Assembly (NCBI GenBank): GCA_046704255.1
Contig: JBJKSH010000164.1
Span: 1,465-65,464, forward strand
Direction: 5' to 3'
Length of the DNA: 64,000 nucleotides
DNA from: Ignavibacteriaceae bacterium
Lineage (GTDB): Bacteria; Bacteroidota; Ignavibacteria; Ignavibacteriales; Ignavibacteriaceae
This document shows, piece by piece, positions 36,881-45,852 of this stretch (the first letter of the stretch is position 1; every line of letters begins with the position of its first letter). The notes under the pieces were generated by a model, which saw only the letters and a list, made by a program, of their open reading frames with translations, did not search any database and had not been told where the DNA came from. The position numbers and the translations under genes were made by a program.

Positions 36881-38059
36881 TTATTTAACACGGCCTTCCA
36901 AAACACTTGGGTAAGAAACTGTACTTTTGTTCTCAAAAAACTTTTTAATATGATCTGCCGTATATTTTATTTGTCCTTCAGATAGTTCAGGGAACATCGG
37001 CAGTGAAATTCCGCAATTTGCAAGCTGTTCGGTTACAGGTAAATCACCTTTTTTGTAACCTAAATAGTTAAAACATTTTTGCAAATGCAGCGGAATAGGA
37101 TAATGCAGCCCGGTTGCAATTCCGTTTTCATTTAAATACTTCTGCAGTTCATCTCTGCTTTCCGACTTACAGTTTACGACTTGTTCCTTAACTTGAATTA
37201 CGAATAGATGATATACATGCTTAGCATAGGACATTTCTACAGGTACTTTAACTTCTTCAACACCTGATAAATAATAGTTATATATTTCAGCATTTTTTCT
37301 GCGTGCTTCCGTCCATTGCTCCAGGTATTTAAGCTTAACACCAAGCACTGCACCTTGAAGGCCCTCCATTCTATAATTATGCCCAAAGGTTTCATGTTCA
37401 TATTTACGAACCGCACCGTGGTCTCTAACCATTTTAGCTTTTAGTGCAAGTTCGTCGTTATTTGTAAGTACTGCGCCGCCTTCTCCGTAAGCACCCAAAT
37501 TCTTGCCGGGATAAAAACTAAACGAAGCAGCTTCGCCTAAACCGCCTACTCTTTTGTTTTTGTATTCTGCAATATGTGCCTGCGCAGAATCTTCAACCAG
37601 CAGAATATTATGTTTCGCCGCTATTTCTCTCAAAGGATCCATATCGGCGGGCTGGCCGTAAAGATGAACAGCAACAATTGCTTTTGTCTTCGGAGTAATT
37701 GCTTTCTCCACCAATTCCGGATTGATATTATAGCTGTCTTTATGGCAGTCAACTAATACCGGTTTGGCACCGCATAATGTAGCACCCCATGCAGTGGCTA
37801 TAAAAGTGTTTGCAGGAATAATTACTTCGTCTCCGGGTTTTATACCTGCAGCCCAAAGAACTATGTGATTTCCGGCAGTGCCGGAATTAACTGCTATACA
37901 ATGTTTTACTCCGTGTGCTTTTGCAAATTCTTCTTCAAAATTAAAAACTGCTTTGCCCAGCACAAAAGAAGAATTTTCAAGTATATTTTGTATGGCGGGA
38001 TCTATTTCGTGCTTAATAGATTTATATTGAACTTTTAGATCTAAAAATGGAACCTGCAT
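36881..38059 (-). CDS. DegT/DnrJ/EryC1/StrS sugar aminotransferase (WbpE/GnnB-like)
   Basis: FYPGKNLGAYGEGGAV (PLP lysine) and a typical N-terminus VPFLDLK. First gene of the minus-strand locus. Confidence 0.85.
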   Translation of the reverse strand: MQVPFLDLKVQYKSIKHEIDPAIQNILENSSFVLGKAVFNFEEEFAKAHGVKHCIAVNSGTAGNHIVLWAAGIKPGDEVIIPANTFIATAWGATLCGAKPVLVDCHKDSYNINPELVEKAITPKTKAIVAVHLYGQPADMDPLREIAAKHNILLVEDSAQAHIAEYKNKRVGGLGEAASFSFYPGKNLGAYGEGGAVLTNNDELALKAKMVRDHGAVRKYEHETFGHNYRMEGLQGAVLGVKLKYLEQWTEARRKNAEIYNYYLSGVEEVKVPVEMSYAKHVYHLFVIQVKEQVVNCKSESRDELQKYLNENGIATGLHYPIPLHLQKCFNYLGYKKGDLPVTEQLANCGISLPMFPELSEGQIKYTADHIKKFFENKSTVSYPSVLEGRVK

Positions 38060-38190
38060 TTATTATCTTCTCTTTAATTTTTTTTTAATGATGTTTTTGA
38101 AACTTTCGCACAGCTTCGCCTGGTGAGTCACAATTTCAACTCTCTACTAAACAAATTTTCAAAAAACACGGCAAATTAAACCGACATTCT

Positions 38191-38240
38191 TAACCCGGTT
38201 TTATTAATTCACTTACCGGTTTAACTGGTTTAAGTACCGA
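38191..38240. repeat. Cluster of direct CYGGTTTA repeats in the divergent EPS / beta-helix control region
   Basis: CCGGTTTTA (38195-38203), CCGGTTTAA (38216-38224) and CTGGTTTAA (38225-38233), plus a degenerate ACCGATTG (38236-38243). Confidence 0.3.
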
Positions 38241-38459
38241 TTGTTAAATAAATAAAGGAACAATTTATTTTAATCTATAGCCGCATTTTTTAATTCTCCT
38301 TAATAAATTCAATTTTTATACCAAGTAAATTGAACTGAAAAACGGCTATTTTAGCGCAAAAAATGTATTAATAAAATTCTTTTTATCATTTTGAGATTGC
38401 TTTTACTATTTTTGTTGAAAGGTTTTACAGCTAATGCAACAGAAACTTTTGGAAAATTT

Positions 38460-39602
38460 ATGAGGAAGATTTTTATTTCTAAATATTATTTACTTTTAAT
38501 TATTTTATTTACCGCACGGTTAATTCCTGCGCATACTTATTATGTGGATTCTAAAAACGGGAACAACCAAAATAACGGATTAACACCCCAGGCAGCATGG
38601 AGAAGTATAAACAAGGTAAATGATTTTATTTACATGAAGGACGATACGGTAAGCTTTAAATCCGGCTTAAGATATTCAGGTTATACATTATTAATTCATT
38701 CCGATTTTATAACCTTTAATTCCTATGGCCCGGGCAATAAACCTGTTCTGGACGGACAGGGTAAAAGAAATTGTGTAAGCCTGCAGAACATTAAGAATAT
38801 TCAATTCCATAATCTTAAATTTGTAAACGGATATCCAAGAGATATGGAATTTAACGGATGCAAGAATATTGTAATCGACCTGTGTAATGTAGATAGCTGC
38901 GCCGGCAAAAATATTTTTAATCAAAATATTTATTCAGGTCAGGGCAATAATTTAATAATTAAGTATTCAACCATGAGTTTTGCAGGCAATAAAACCGGCG
39001 GCGGACATGGGTTATATATAGACGGAACAGATAATTCTTTAATTGAATTCGATACGCTTATCTCAAATAAAAATGATAATTTAAGAATAGCATACGGATA
39101 CACTTATCCTTATTACACAAATAACCTGGTAGTTCGTAATTGTGTTATAAAGTATGCCGGAGATGAAAATATATCAGACGACGGAAGCAGGGATTCCAAA
39201 TTCAATAATAATATTTTGGAAAATGATACAACCGGTTGGTCCGTAAATATTTCTCTTTTTGAACAAAACGGATATAGCCCCGGTAACAACGATTACTATA
39301 ACAATACTTTTATTATCCACGATTATGGTAAGGACAACGCAGGAATTTTTATTCACTTGTTTGCAAGCATTTCTAAAATCAAAATTTTGAATAATACTTT
39401 TTACCTTCAAAATAAAGGCAAAGGGTGGGCAGTGTATGCTCAGTATTCCTACTTAAAGAAATGGGTTATTAACCGTAACTCGTACTATTCAAAAGAGAAA
39501 GGGCAAAACCATATCTGGTATTGGCAGGGTTCGGCTTTATCTTCCTTTTTTAGATGGCAGAAACTTGGTTTTGATAAAGAAGGTAATTTTATAATTCGTT
39601 AA
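38460..39602 (+). CDS. Secreted right-handed parallel beta-helix repeat protein
   Basis: The ATG at 38460 gives a signal-peptide-like MRKIFISKYYLLLIILFTARLIPAH. It has periodic N/G/I-rich ~22-aa turns (NIKNIQFHNLKFVNG, CKNIVIDLCNV, NNLIIKYSTM, NNLVVRNCVI). The track's TTG at 38391 is probably too long. Confidence 0.6.
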   Translation: MRKIFISKYYLLLIILFTARLIPAHTYYVDSKNGNNQNNGLTPQAAWRSINKVNDFIYMKDDTVSFKSGLRYSGYTLLIHSDFITFNSYGPGNKPVLDGQGKRNCVSLQNIKNIQFHNLKFVNGYPRDMEFNGCKNIVIDLCNVDSCAGKNIFNQNIYSGQGNNLIIKYSTMSFAGNKTGGGHGLYIDGTDNSLIEFDTLISNKNDNLRIAYGYTYPYYTNNLVVRNCVIKYAGDENISDDGSRDSKFNNNILENDTTGWSVNISLFEQNGYSPGNNDYYNNTFIIHDYGKDNAGIFIHLFASISKIKILNNTFYLQNKGKGWAVYAQYSYLKKWVINRNSYYSKEKGQNHIWYWQGSALSSFFRWQKLGFDKEGNFIIR

Positions 39603-39684
39603 TTTTAAAAATCTAAGGGAATTTTAATTCATTTTAAATTATTTTTAGTATAAATGTTTAATACACTCTTAAAAGGAATTCCTT

Positions 39685-41262
39685 ATGAACAAACCCCGGC
39701 TAAGCTTTATGCAAATCTGGAATATGAGTTTCGGATTCCTCGGTATTCAATTCGGATTTGCACTTCAAAATGCAAACGTAAGCAGAATATTTGAAACACT
39801 TGGTGCAAAGATAGATGCCATTCCTATTTTATGGATAGCTGCTCCGATTACAGGTTTAATCGTTCAGCCTATTATAGGGCATATGAGCGATAAGACATGG
39901 AACAGGCTGGGCAGGCGCAGGCCGTATTTTTTAACCGGCGCAATTTTAGCTTCGCTGGGAATTATTGCAATGCCCAATTCGCCTGTTCTCTGGTTCGCTG
40001 CTTCAATGCTTTGGATTATGGATGCTTCCATTAATATTTCTATGGAGCCGTTCAGAGCCTTTGTAGGCGATATGCTTCCTTCCGAACAAAGGACGCTTGG
40101 TTTTTCTATGCAAAGTTTTTTTATAGGAATAGGCGCCGTAGTTGCATCCGCACTTCCGTATATGATGACAAACTGGTTCGGTGTAAGTAACACTGCACCG
40201 GAGGGAATGATACCGGAGTCTGTTAAACTTTCTTTCTATGTCGGTGGTACGGTTTTCTTTCTTGCTGTTTTGTGGACTGTAATAAGCTCAAAAGAATACC
40301 CGCCCGAGGAATTGAAGAGATATAGCGATGACAAGGAAAGCAAAAGTTCATTTAGACCGGAAGGTGAAGAACTTATTCATCATAGCAAATTTTTTAAGAA
40401 CGGATTGATATGGACTTTTACCGGATTATTGTTATTCATTTTATTTGATTTATTTATTTACATGGATTACGGCCTTGGAGTGTTTTTCGGCGGCATAGCC
40501 GTATTCGGACTGTTGCAAATTGTTGTAGGAATAATGACCAGGCAAAAAAATACAAGCGGCGGATTTGTAGTTGTTATGAATGATTTATTCAAAATGCCTA
40601 AAACAATGGTACAGCTTTCTTATGTTCAATTCTTTTCCTGGTTTGCTTTATTTGCAATGTGGATTTACACAACTCCTGCCGTTACCCATCATATTTACGG
40701 CACTACAAATCCTCAATCGGAATTATATAATAAAGGTGCCGACTGGGTTGGTGTTTTAATGGCCGTATATAACGGCTTTGCTGCGGTAACGGCATTCTTG
40801 CTTATCTGGCTGGCAAAGAAAACAAGCCGCAAGATGGTTCACTCGATAAGTTTAGTTTGCGGCGGACTCGGCTTAGCTTCATTTTATATAATTAAAGATC
40901 CGAACTTACTTCTTATTTCAGAATTGGGAATTGGTCTTGCATGGGCATCTATACTTGCAATGCCGTATGCAATATTAACGGGCTCGCTGCCGGCAAATAA
41001 AATGGGAGTTTACATGGGCATCTTTAATTTCTTCATAGTTATTCCTCAAATAACTGCAGCGGCAATACTGGGGTTTTTTGTAAAACATTTGTTTGGTGAT
41101 GAAGCAATTTATGCCCTGCTTCTCGGAGGTTTTTCATTTATACTTGCAGCCGTTCTGGTAATGAAAGTTGATGATGTTGATGAAGAAGCCCAGCCACTTA
41201 CCCATTCTCAAAGAGAAAGAGTTGATTTGAGCGGAGTAGATAGCGAAAAGGTGTCTCCCTAG
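39685..41262 (+). CDS. SLC45/GPH-like MFS sugar:cation symporter
   Basis: 12 TM layout with a central hydrophilic loop. HMSDKTWNRLGRRRPYFL motif typical of sucrose/maltose-type MFS carriers. Confidence 0.75.
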   Translation: MNKPRLSFMQIWNMSFGFLGIQFGFALQNANVSRIFETLGAKIDAIPILWIAAPITGLIVQPIIGHMSDKTWNRLGRRRPYFLTGAILASLGIIAMPNSPVLWFAASMLWIMDASINISMEPFRAFVGDMLPSEQRTLGFSMQSFFIGIGAVVASALPYMMTNWFGVSNTAPEGMIPESVKLSFYVGGTVFFLAVLWTVISSKEYPPEELKRYSDDKESKSSFRPEGEELIHHSKFFKNGLIWTFTGLLLFILFDLFIYMDYGLGVFFGGIAVFGLLQIVVGIMTRQKNTSGGFVVVMNDLFKMPKTMVQLSYVQFFSWFALFAMWIYTTPAVTHHIYGTTNPQSELYNKGADWVGVLMAVYNGFAAVTAFLLIWLAKKTSRKMVHSISLVCGGLGLASFYIIKDPNLLLISELGIGLAWASILAMPYAILTGSLPANKMGVYMGIFNFFIVIPQITAAAILGFFVKHLFGDEAIYALLLGGFSFILAAVLVMKVDDVDEEAQPLTHSQRERVDLSGVDSEKVSP

Positions 41263-41371
41263 TAAAATGGTAAAATGTTATTAAAGATTTTATAATGCCT
41301 AAGTTGGAAGGATACTTTTAAAGAATTAATTTATGTACAATTTAACTAATTAGGAATCTCACCTCTAGGCT

Positions 41372-41478
41372 GGGGCCGACTAAAAAGTAATATCTTTTTG
41401 AAAAATAGAATATTGATGACGCAGAATTTAACGGAGTTCCTGAGATTTTTAAAAGGAAATTAATTTTTAGTCAGCCCC
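41372..41478. repeat. 15-bp inverted repeat (one mismatch) with a 77-nt spacer
   Basis: GGGGCCGACTAAAAA (41372-41386) versus TTTTTAGTCAGCCCC (41464-41478). The right arm is followed by GATGTTTTTT. Confidence 0.4.
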
Positions 41479-41533
41479 GATGTTTTTTATATAATTAATT
41501 TTGAATATATACAACTTCATAAAGAAAGTAATT

Positions 41534-42010
41534 ATGCCAGATATTGAAATTAAAAATGTTCAATCTACCGGTGAAATAAAAATAGTTAAAGAATTATTTG
41601 AAGAATATGCAAAGTCGTTAAACTTTAGTTTGTGTTTTCAAAATTTTGATAAAGAACTGAAAAATCTGCCCGGTGATTACTCTCCGCCGAAAGGTTCACT
41701 TTTACTATCTGAGTATAACGGCATACCGGCTGGCTGCGTAGGATTAAGAAAATTTGAAAATGATATTTGCGAAATGAAAAGATTATATGTAAAGAATAAT
41801 TTTCGAGGTTTGAAAATCGGGAGAATGCTTGTATATAAAATTATTGATGAAGCGAAGAGAATTGGTTATAAGAAAATGCGACTGGATACCATTCAAACTA
41901 TGCAGGCGGCTCAAAATCTTTACAAGTCTTTAGGTTTTTACGAGATAAGTTCGTATGGTAATCATCCTATTGAAGGAACAATTTATATGGAACTGAATTT
42001 GGATACATAA
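41534..42010 (+). CDS. GNAT-family N-acetyltransferase
   Basis: RLYVKNNFRGLKIGRMLV (acetyl-CoA binding R/Q-x-x-G-x-G/A motif) and a C-terminal YKSLGF. The ATG at 41534 is preferred over the track's TTG at 41501. Confidence 0.8.
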   Translation: MPDIEIKNVQSTGEIKIVKELFEEYAKSLNFSLCFQNFDKELKNLPGDYSPPKGSLLLSEYNGIPAGCVGLRKFENDICEMKRLYVKNNFRGLKIGRMLVYKIIDEAKRIGYKKMRLDTIQTMQAAQNLYKSLGFYEISSYGNHPIEGTIYMELNLDT

Positions 42011-42070
42011 ATTTTCTATATTGATTTTAGAAATAATACGAGGATGTGAATCCGGCTAAAGACAAAGCCA

Positions 42071-43603
42071 TTAATTTATGTCGTACATTTCTTTCTTACC
42101 TAGTTCTTCAGGCTTACTTTTCCCTAAAGGCTGCACCATAATTGCGTCTTCCGGATCTTCCTTAACAAAGAACCATAACACTGCAGATACCGTTAAAGTG
42201 AATGTACTTATAATAAAGATTAAACTTTTATTTGGTGCTTCATCTACTGCCTGACCAACACCGAAACTAGCAACTAATTGAGGCAAAACAACTGCAAGAT
42301 TAAAAAGTCCCATATATAATCCCATCTTTGCCTTATCAACTTTTTGAGACATGATAGCAAAAGGCAGGCTTATAGTTGAGGCCCAGCCTATTCCTAATAC
42401 TGCCATTAAAATATAAATTACAAATGGCTGATATCCGAAAAACAACATTCCCGCATAACCGAAAGCCATAGAAGCAATACAGAATGCATGAGTTTTAATG
42501 CGTCCTATTTTCCTGGTTACCGGCTCCAAAACAAACGCCGGAAGAATTGCACCAACAGCATTTAAAATTAAAAAGCTTATGGATACAATCCGCCCCATAT
42601 CAATTTGAACCGAAGAAGAAATAACTGCATTTGGTGAAAAGTTATAGACTTTATACTGCACGTACGCAAACATGTATATAAACATTGTTTGAATACCAAT
42701 CCATGTAAACGAATGAGCAGCAAGAACTTTTTTAAACCCGATAATTCCTGCTTCGGTTTTTGATTTGCCTTCCGCATTCTTAAACAGAACTTTTAGTATA
42801 AAATAAATTGTTATTATAAAACATAAAATTTCAACATAATAGTTATGCAGTTTAATTTGAAGCAGCCGCATTGTTATTGCATAAACCGCATAAATTAAAA
42901 ATCCCCATAACGGTTGAATATCTTTTAATATTGAACCAAAAGAAGTTTTTGAGTCTTTTGAATGCTCCACGGAATCATTCTTAGTTTCAATTTCTCTAGG
43001 CTCCTCAATAAAGAATGTCGGAATTATTGAAAGGATCAGCACCAAACCCACACCAAAATAAATAAGAACATAATTATTCCATACAGCACCAATAACATAA
43101 GCCAGTACACCAAATGTACCGGAAATTGTCTGCATCCAGGAATATCCCTTTGTCCTTTCGATTCCTTCCGGTGTAACATCGGCAATAATAGATCTTGTTG
43201 GATTAAAGCTTACGTTTATTGCAAGGTCTAGGGTTAAGGCTACCACAATTGCAACACCAAGAATCCCGTTAAAGCCAAGGGATTTGGAAATGATATCAAT
43301 ATTCGGTAAAGCCAAAAGCATAAGTGCAGCTAAAAACCCGCCGATAAAAATAAAAGGCCTTCTTCTTCCTTTCCAAAGCCAAACATTATCGCTAATTATT
43401 CCTACGATCACCTGGCCTAAAATTCCGGCAATTGGCCCGGCTGCCCAAACTAATCCCACATCATCAATCTTTAAACCGTATTTGGTGCTTAATATCCAGC
43501 TTAATGCGGAAATCTGGATAGACAAAGCAAATCCCATTGCAGTTGAAGGCAGGCTTAGCAAAGTATAAAACGAGTTGGTAAGTTTTTTTTGAATATTAAG
43601 CAT
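42071..43603 (-). CDS. SLC45/GPH-like MFS sugar:cation symporter (divergent paralogue of 39685-41262)
   Basis: ISDNVWLWKGRRRPFIF motif, 12 TM layout with a central loop. Confidence 0.75.
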   Translation of the reverse strand: MLNIQKKLTNSFYTLLSLPSTAMGFALSIQISALSWILSTKYGLKIDDVGLVWAAGPIAGILGQVIVGIISDNVWLWKGRRRPFIFIGGFLAALMLLALPNIDIISKSLGFNGILGVAIVVALTLDLAINVSFNPTRSIIADVTPEGIERTKGYSWMQTISGTFGVLAYVIGAVWNNYVLIYFGVGLVLILSIIPTFFIEEPREIETKNDSVEHSKDSKTSFGSILKDIQPLWGFLIYAVYAITMRLLQIKLHNYYVEILCFIITIYFILKVLFKNAEGKSKTEAGIIGFKKVLAAHSFTWIGIQTMFIYMFAYVQYKVYNFSPNAVISSSVQIDMGRIVSISFLILNAVGAILPAFVLEPVTRKIGRIKTHAFCIASMAFGYAGMLFFGYQPFVIYILMAVLGIGWASTISLPFAIMSQKVDKAKMGLYMGLFNLAVVLPQLVASFGVGQAVDEAPNKSLIFIISTFTLTVSAVLWFFVKEDPEDAIMVQPLGKSKPEELGKKEMYDIN

Positions 43604-43704
43604 AAGTCTCCTGTTTAATGTTTGACGGATAATGGAAGATGGAACATGTACAATTACATTTGATATCTTTTCCCAAATTCATTCTAAATATTACTACAAT
43701 TAAA

Positions 43705-45543
43705 TCAATTTGAACTATTTAGTTGAAAAATACTCCCGGAATTGGATTTAACTTTTATCTCTTCCAGGTCTTTTAAATTATAAACCTTACCGGTTAATAA
43801 ATCCTTTAATGTTTTTATACCATTTAATTGATCGGAATAATTATTCAGAAAAATTTCCTTTTCGGTAGAATTATTATTAATAACAACCAATATTTTATCG
43901 TTCCCTTTTATTTTAAAGTAAACAAACTCTTCGTTGTAAGGAGGGAATTCAACAAGTTTGCCGGATGAAAGCGCTTTATGTTCCTTTCTTAATTCAAGAA
44001 GATTATGAACATAATTAAAGATATCATTTTGTTTTTTGGTCCTTCCGTCGGCAGTAAATGCATTTTGCTTATCACCCGGAAAGCCGCCCGGAAAATCCGT
44101 ACGAATTAATCCGTCTGAAAGTCCTCCTTCCATTCCTATCTCGGTTCCGTAATAAATTTGCGGAATTCCTCTGGAAGTGAGAAGCATGAGTAAAGCCATT
44201 TTGAATTTTTTAGCGTTACCTTTTGCTTCAAGCATGGCACGCGGGTTGTCGTGATTATCAAGAAAAGTTACAAGATTATTCGGATCAGCATAAATGAAAT
44301 CCTTTGCAAAATCTTCATAAATAGCATTCAATCCGGAAGTACCTTTTAAAAAAGCAGTAAAGACATCATGAGTTGCATAGTCTGTAATAGCAGGCAAATT
44401 GGAATCAAACTTCCTGGGATAATAACTATGCGTTTGAAAACTTGAAAGGAAAACAGGAATGCCTGTCCATATTTCCCCGACTATATTTAGTTTGGGAAAT
44501 TCAGTAAGAATTGCCTTTGCCCATTTAGCCAAATATTTTTGATCGCAATAAGGATAAGTATCTTCTCTAATTCCGTCAAGCCCGGTAGATTCAATCCACC
44601 ACAAAGTATTCTGAATAAGATAATTACTTAAAAACGGATCAGCCTGATTCAAGTCAGGCATTTCATTAGTAAACCAGCCGGTTGTAGTATTTATAATTGT
44701 AGATGAATCCCTGTGAATATCTGCAAATGCCAGTTTATCGTGTTTGGTCATTAAATGATGTTTAACCGAGCCGTGTATCCAGTCCGCAAAAGGTAAATCC
44801 TTCATCCACGGATGATCAATGCTAATATGGTTGCTAACATGATCTAAAATAATTTTTAATCCTTTTGCGTGAGCTTCTTTAATAAGTTCTTTATACAATT
44901 TGTTAGTGCCAAAGCGCGGATCTATCTTATATAAATCTGTTGCAGCATAACCATGATAGCTTATTTGAGTATTGTTTTCAATAAGCGGATTTATCCAGAG
45001 TGTGGTAACCCCAAGATTTTTTAAATAATCAAGATGCTTAATTATACCTGCAATATCGCCGCCGTGCCTTCCGTTAGGATTTTTAATATTGTATTCGTCA
45101 ATAGTTCCTCTAACCCGGTCATTGGAAGTGTCGCCGTCGCAAAAACGGTCGGGTGTAATCAAATAGATTACATCGCTTGTGTTAAAGCCCTGAAAGTTTC
45201 CCTGGGTACTTAATTTATTTAGTACAGGGAAATTTATTTCAGCTTCACCATCACCTTTTTTGATTTTTAATTTATATGAACCCGGTTTTAGTCCGGTGGG
45301 AATTTTAATATCGATAAATGAATAATGGGAGCTTTCAGCATTGTGAACCCGTAATACCTTTATTGCAGGATTATTAAACTTTGCGGAGATATCTTTTAAA
45401 TTCTTTCCGTAAATCATAAGTTGAACTTTGTCCCAATGCATCCCTACCCACCAGTTGGGCGGCTCAATTTTATTAACTTTAATGCTTTGGGCAAAACAAA
45501 AATTAAAAGATAGTAAAAGAACAGTAAAAATTTTCTTTAGCAA
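43705..45543 (-). CDS. Secreted GH13 alpha-amylase-family enzyme, cyclomaltodextrinase-like
   Basis: Signal peptide MLKKIFTVLLLSFNFCFAQ with a TTG start. N-terminal IEPPNWWVGM domain as in Flavobacterium-type cyclomaltodextrinases. GH13 regions DHVSNH, DGIREDT, VGEIW, FLDNHDNPR. Confidence 0.85.
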   Translation of the reverse strand: MLKKIFTVLLLSFNFCFAQSIKVNKIEPPNWWVGMHWDKVQLMIYGKNLKDISAKFNNPAIKVLRVHNAESSHYSFIDIKIPTGLKPGSYKLKIKKGDGEAEINFPVLNKLSTQGNFQGFNTSDVIYLITPDRFCDGDTSNDRVRGTIDEYNIKNPNGRHGGDIAGIIKHLDYLKNLGVTTLWINPLIENNTQISYHGYAATDLYKIDPRFGTNKLYKELIKEAHAKGLKIILDHVSNHISIDHPWMKDLPFADWIHGSVKHHLMTKHDKLAFADIHRDSSTIINTTTGWFTNEMPDLNQADPFLSNYLIQNTLWWIESTGLDGIREDTYPYCDQKYLAKWAKAILTEFPKLNIVGEIWTGIPVFLSSFQTHSYYPRKFDSNLPAITDYATHDVFTAFLKGTSGLNAIYEDFAKDFIYADPNNLVTFLDNHDNPRAMLEAKGNAKKFKMALLMLLTSRGIPQIYYGTEIGMEGGLSDGLIRTDFPGGFPGDKQNAFTADGRTKKQNDIFNYVHNLLELRKEHKALSSGKLVEFPPYNEEFVYFKIKGNDKILVVINNNSTEKEIFLNNYSDQLNGIKTLKDLLTGKVYNLKDLEEIKVKSNSGSIFQLNSSN

Positions 45544-45852
45544 AACGATTCCTCCGGTACTAAATGCTCCTCATCAAATAAAATTATCTTCAAAATGAAT
45601 TAACCCGTTTTAATTACTAATTTTTTATTTAAATTTAAATCCTAAATATTGTGTGAATTTAATAAGTAGATACACTTTTTGGTACTACCCTTTTGGACGG
45701 ATTTTGAAGAAAATTAAGTAAAACGGAGGGGTATTTTTTACCCTATTGTAATCTTACAGCAGAGTTTTATTAAATTTATTTTATTCTAATTTTAATTTTC
45801 TTGCATTTATTTAACAATAAAAATAATTTTTAATCCGATTTTTTAAAAATTT

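Noticed and set aside
7890-38059. Whether the EPS locus is a horizontally acquired island or contains mobile, defence or CRISPR elements
   Set aside because: No integrase, transposase, tRNA attachment site, flanking direct repeats or defence-type domains (nucleases, helicases, methyltransferases) are visible anywhere in the window. I did not compute compositional skew, so acquisition cannot be excluded, but nothing in the sequence supports it.
39673-39684. Perfect 12-bp palindrome AAGGAATTCCTT directly abutting the ATG of the MFS gene
   Set aside because: It contains the AAGGA ribosome-binding site, and a 12-nt palindrome without a loop cannot form a stable hairpin. It is probably coincidental.
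45544-45852. Looked for tmRNA (ssrA) in the 309-nt spacer upstream of smpB
   Set aside because: There is no GGGGCUGAU-type 5' end, no tRNA-like TpsiC arm and no CCA-proximal acceptor sequence. Only a small GGGTA-TTTTT-TACCC hairpin is present. The spacer is most likely just a divergent promoter region.
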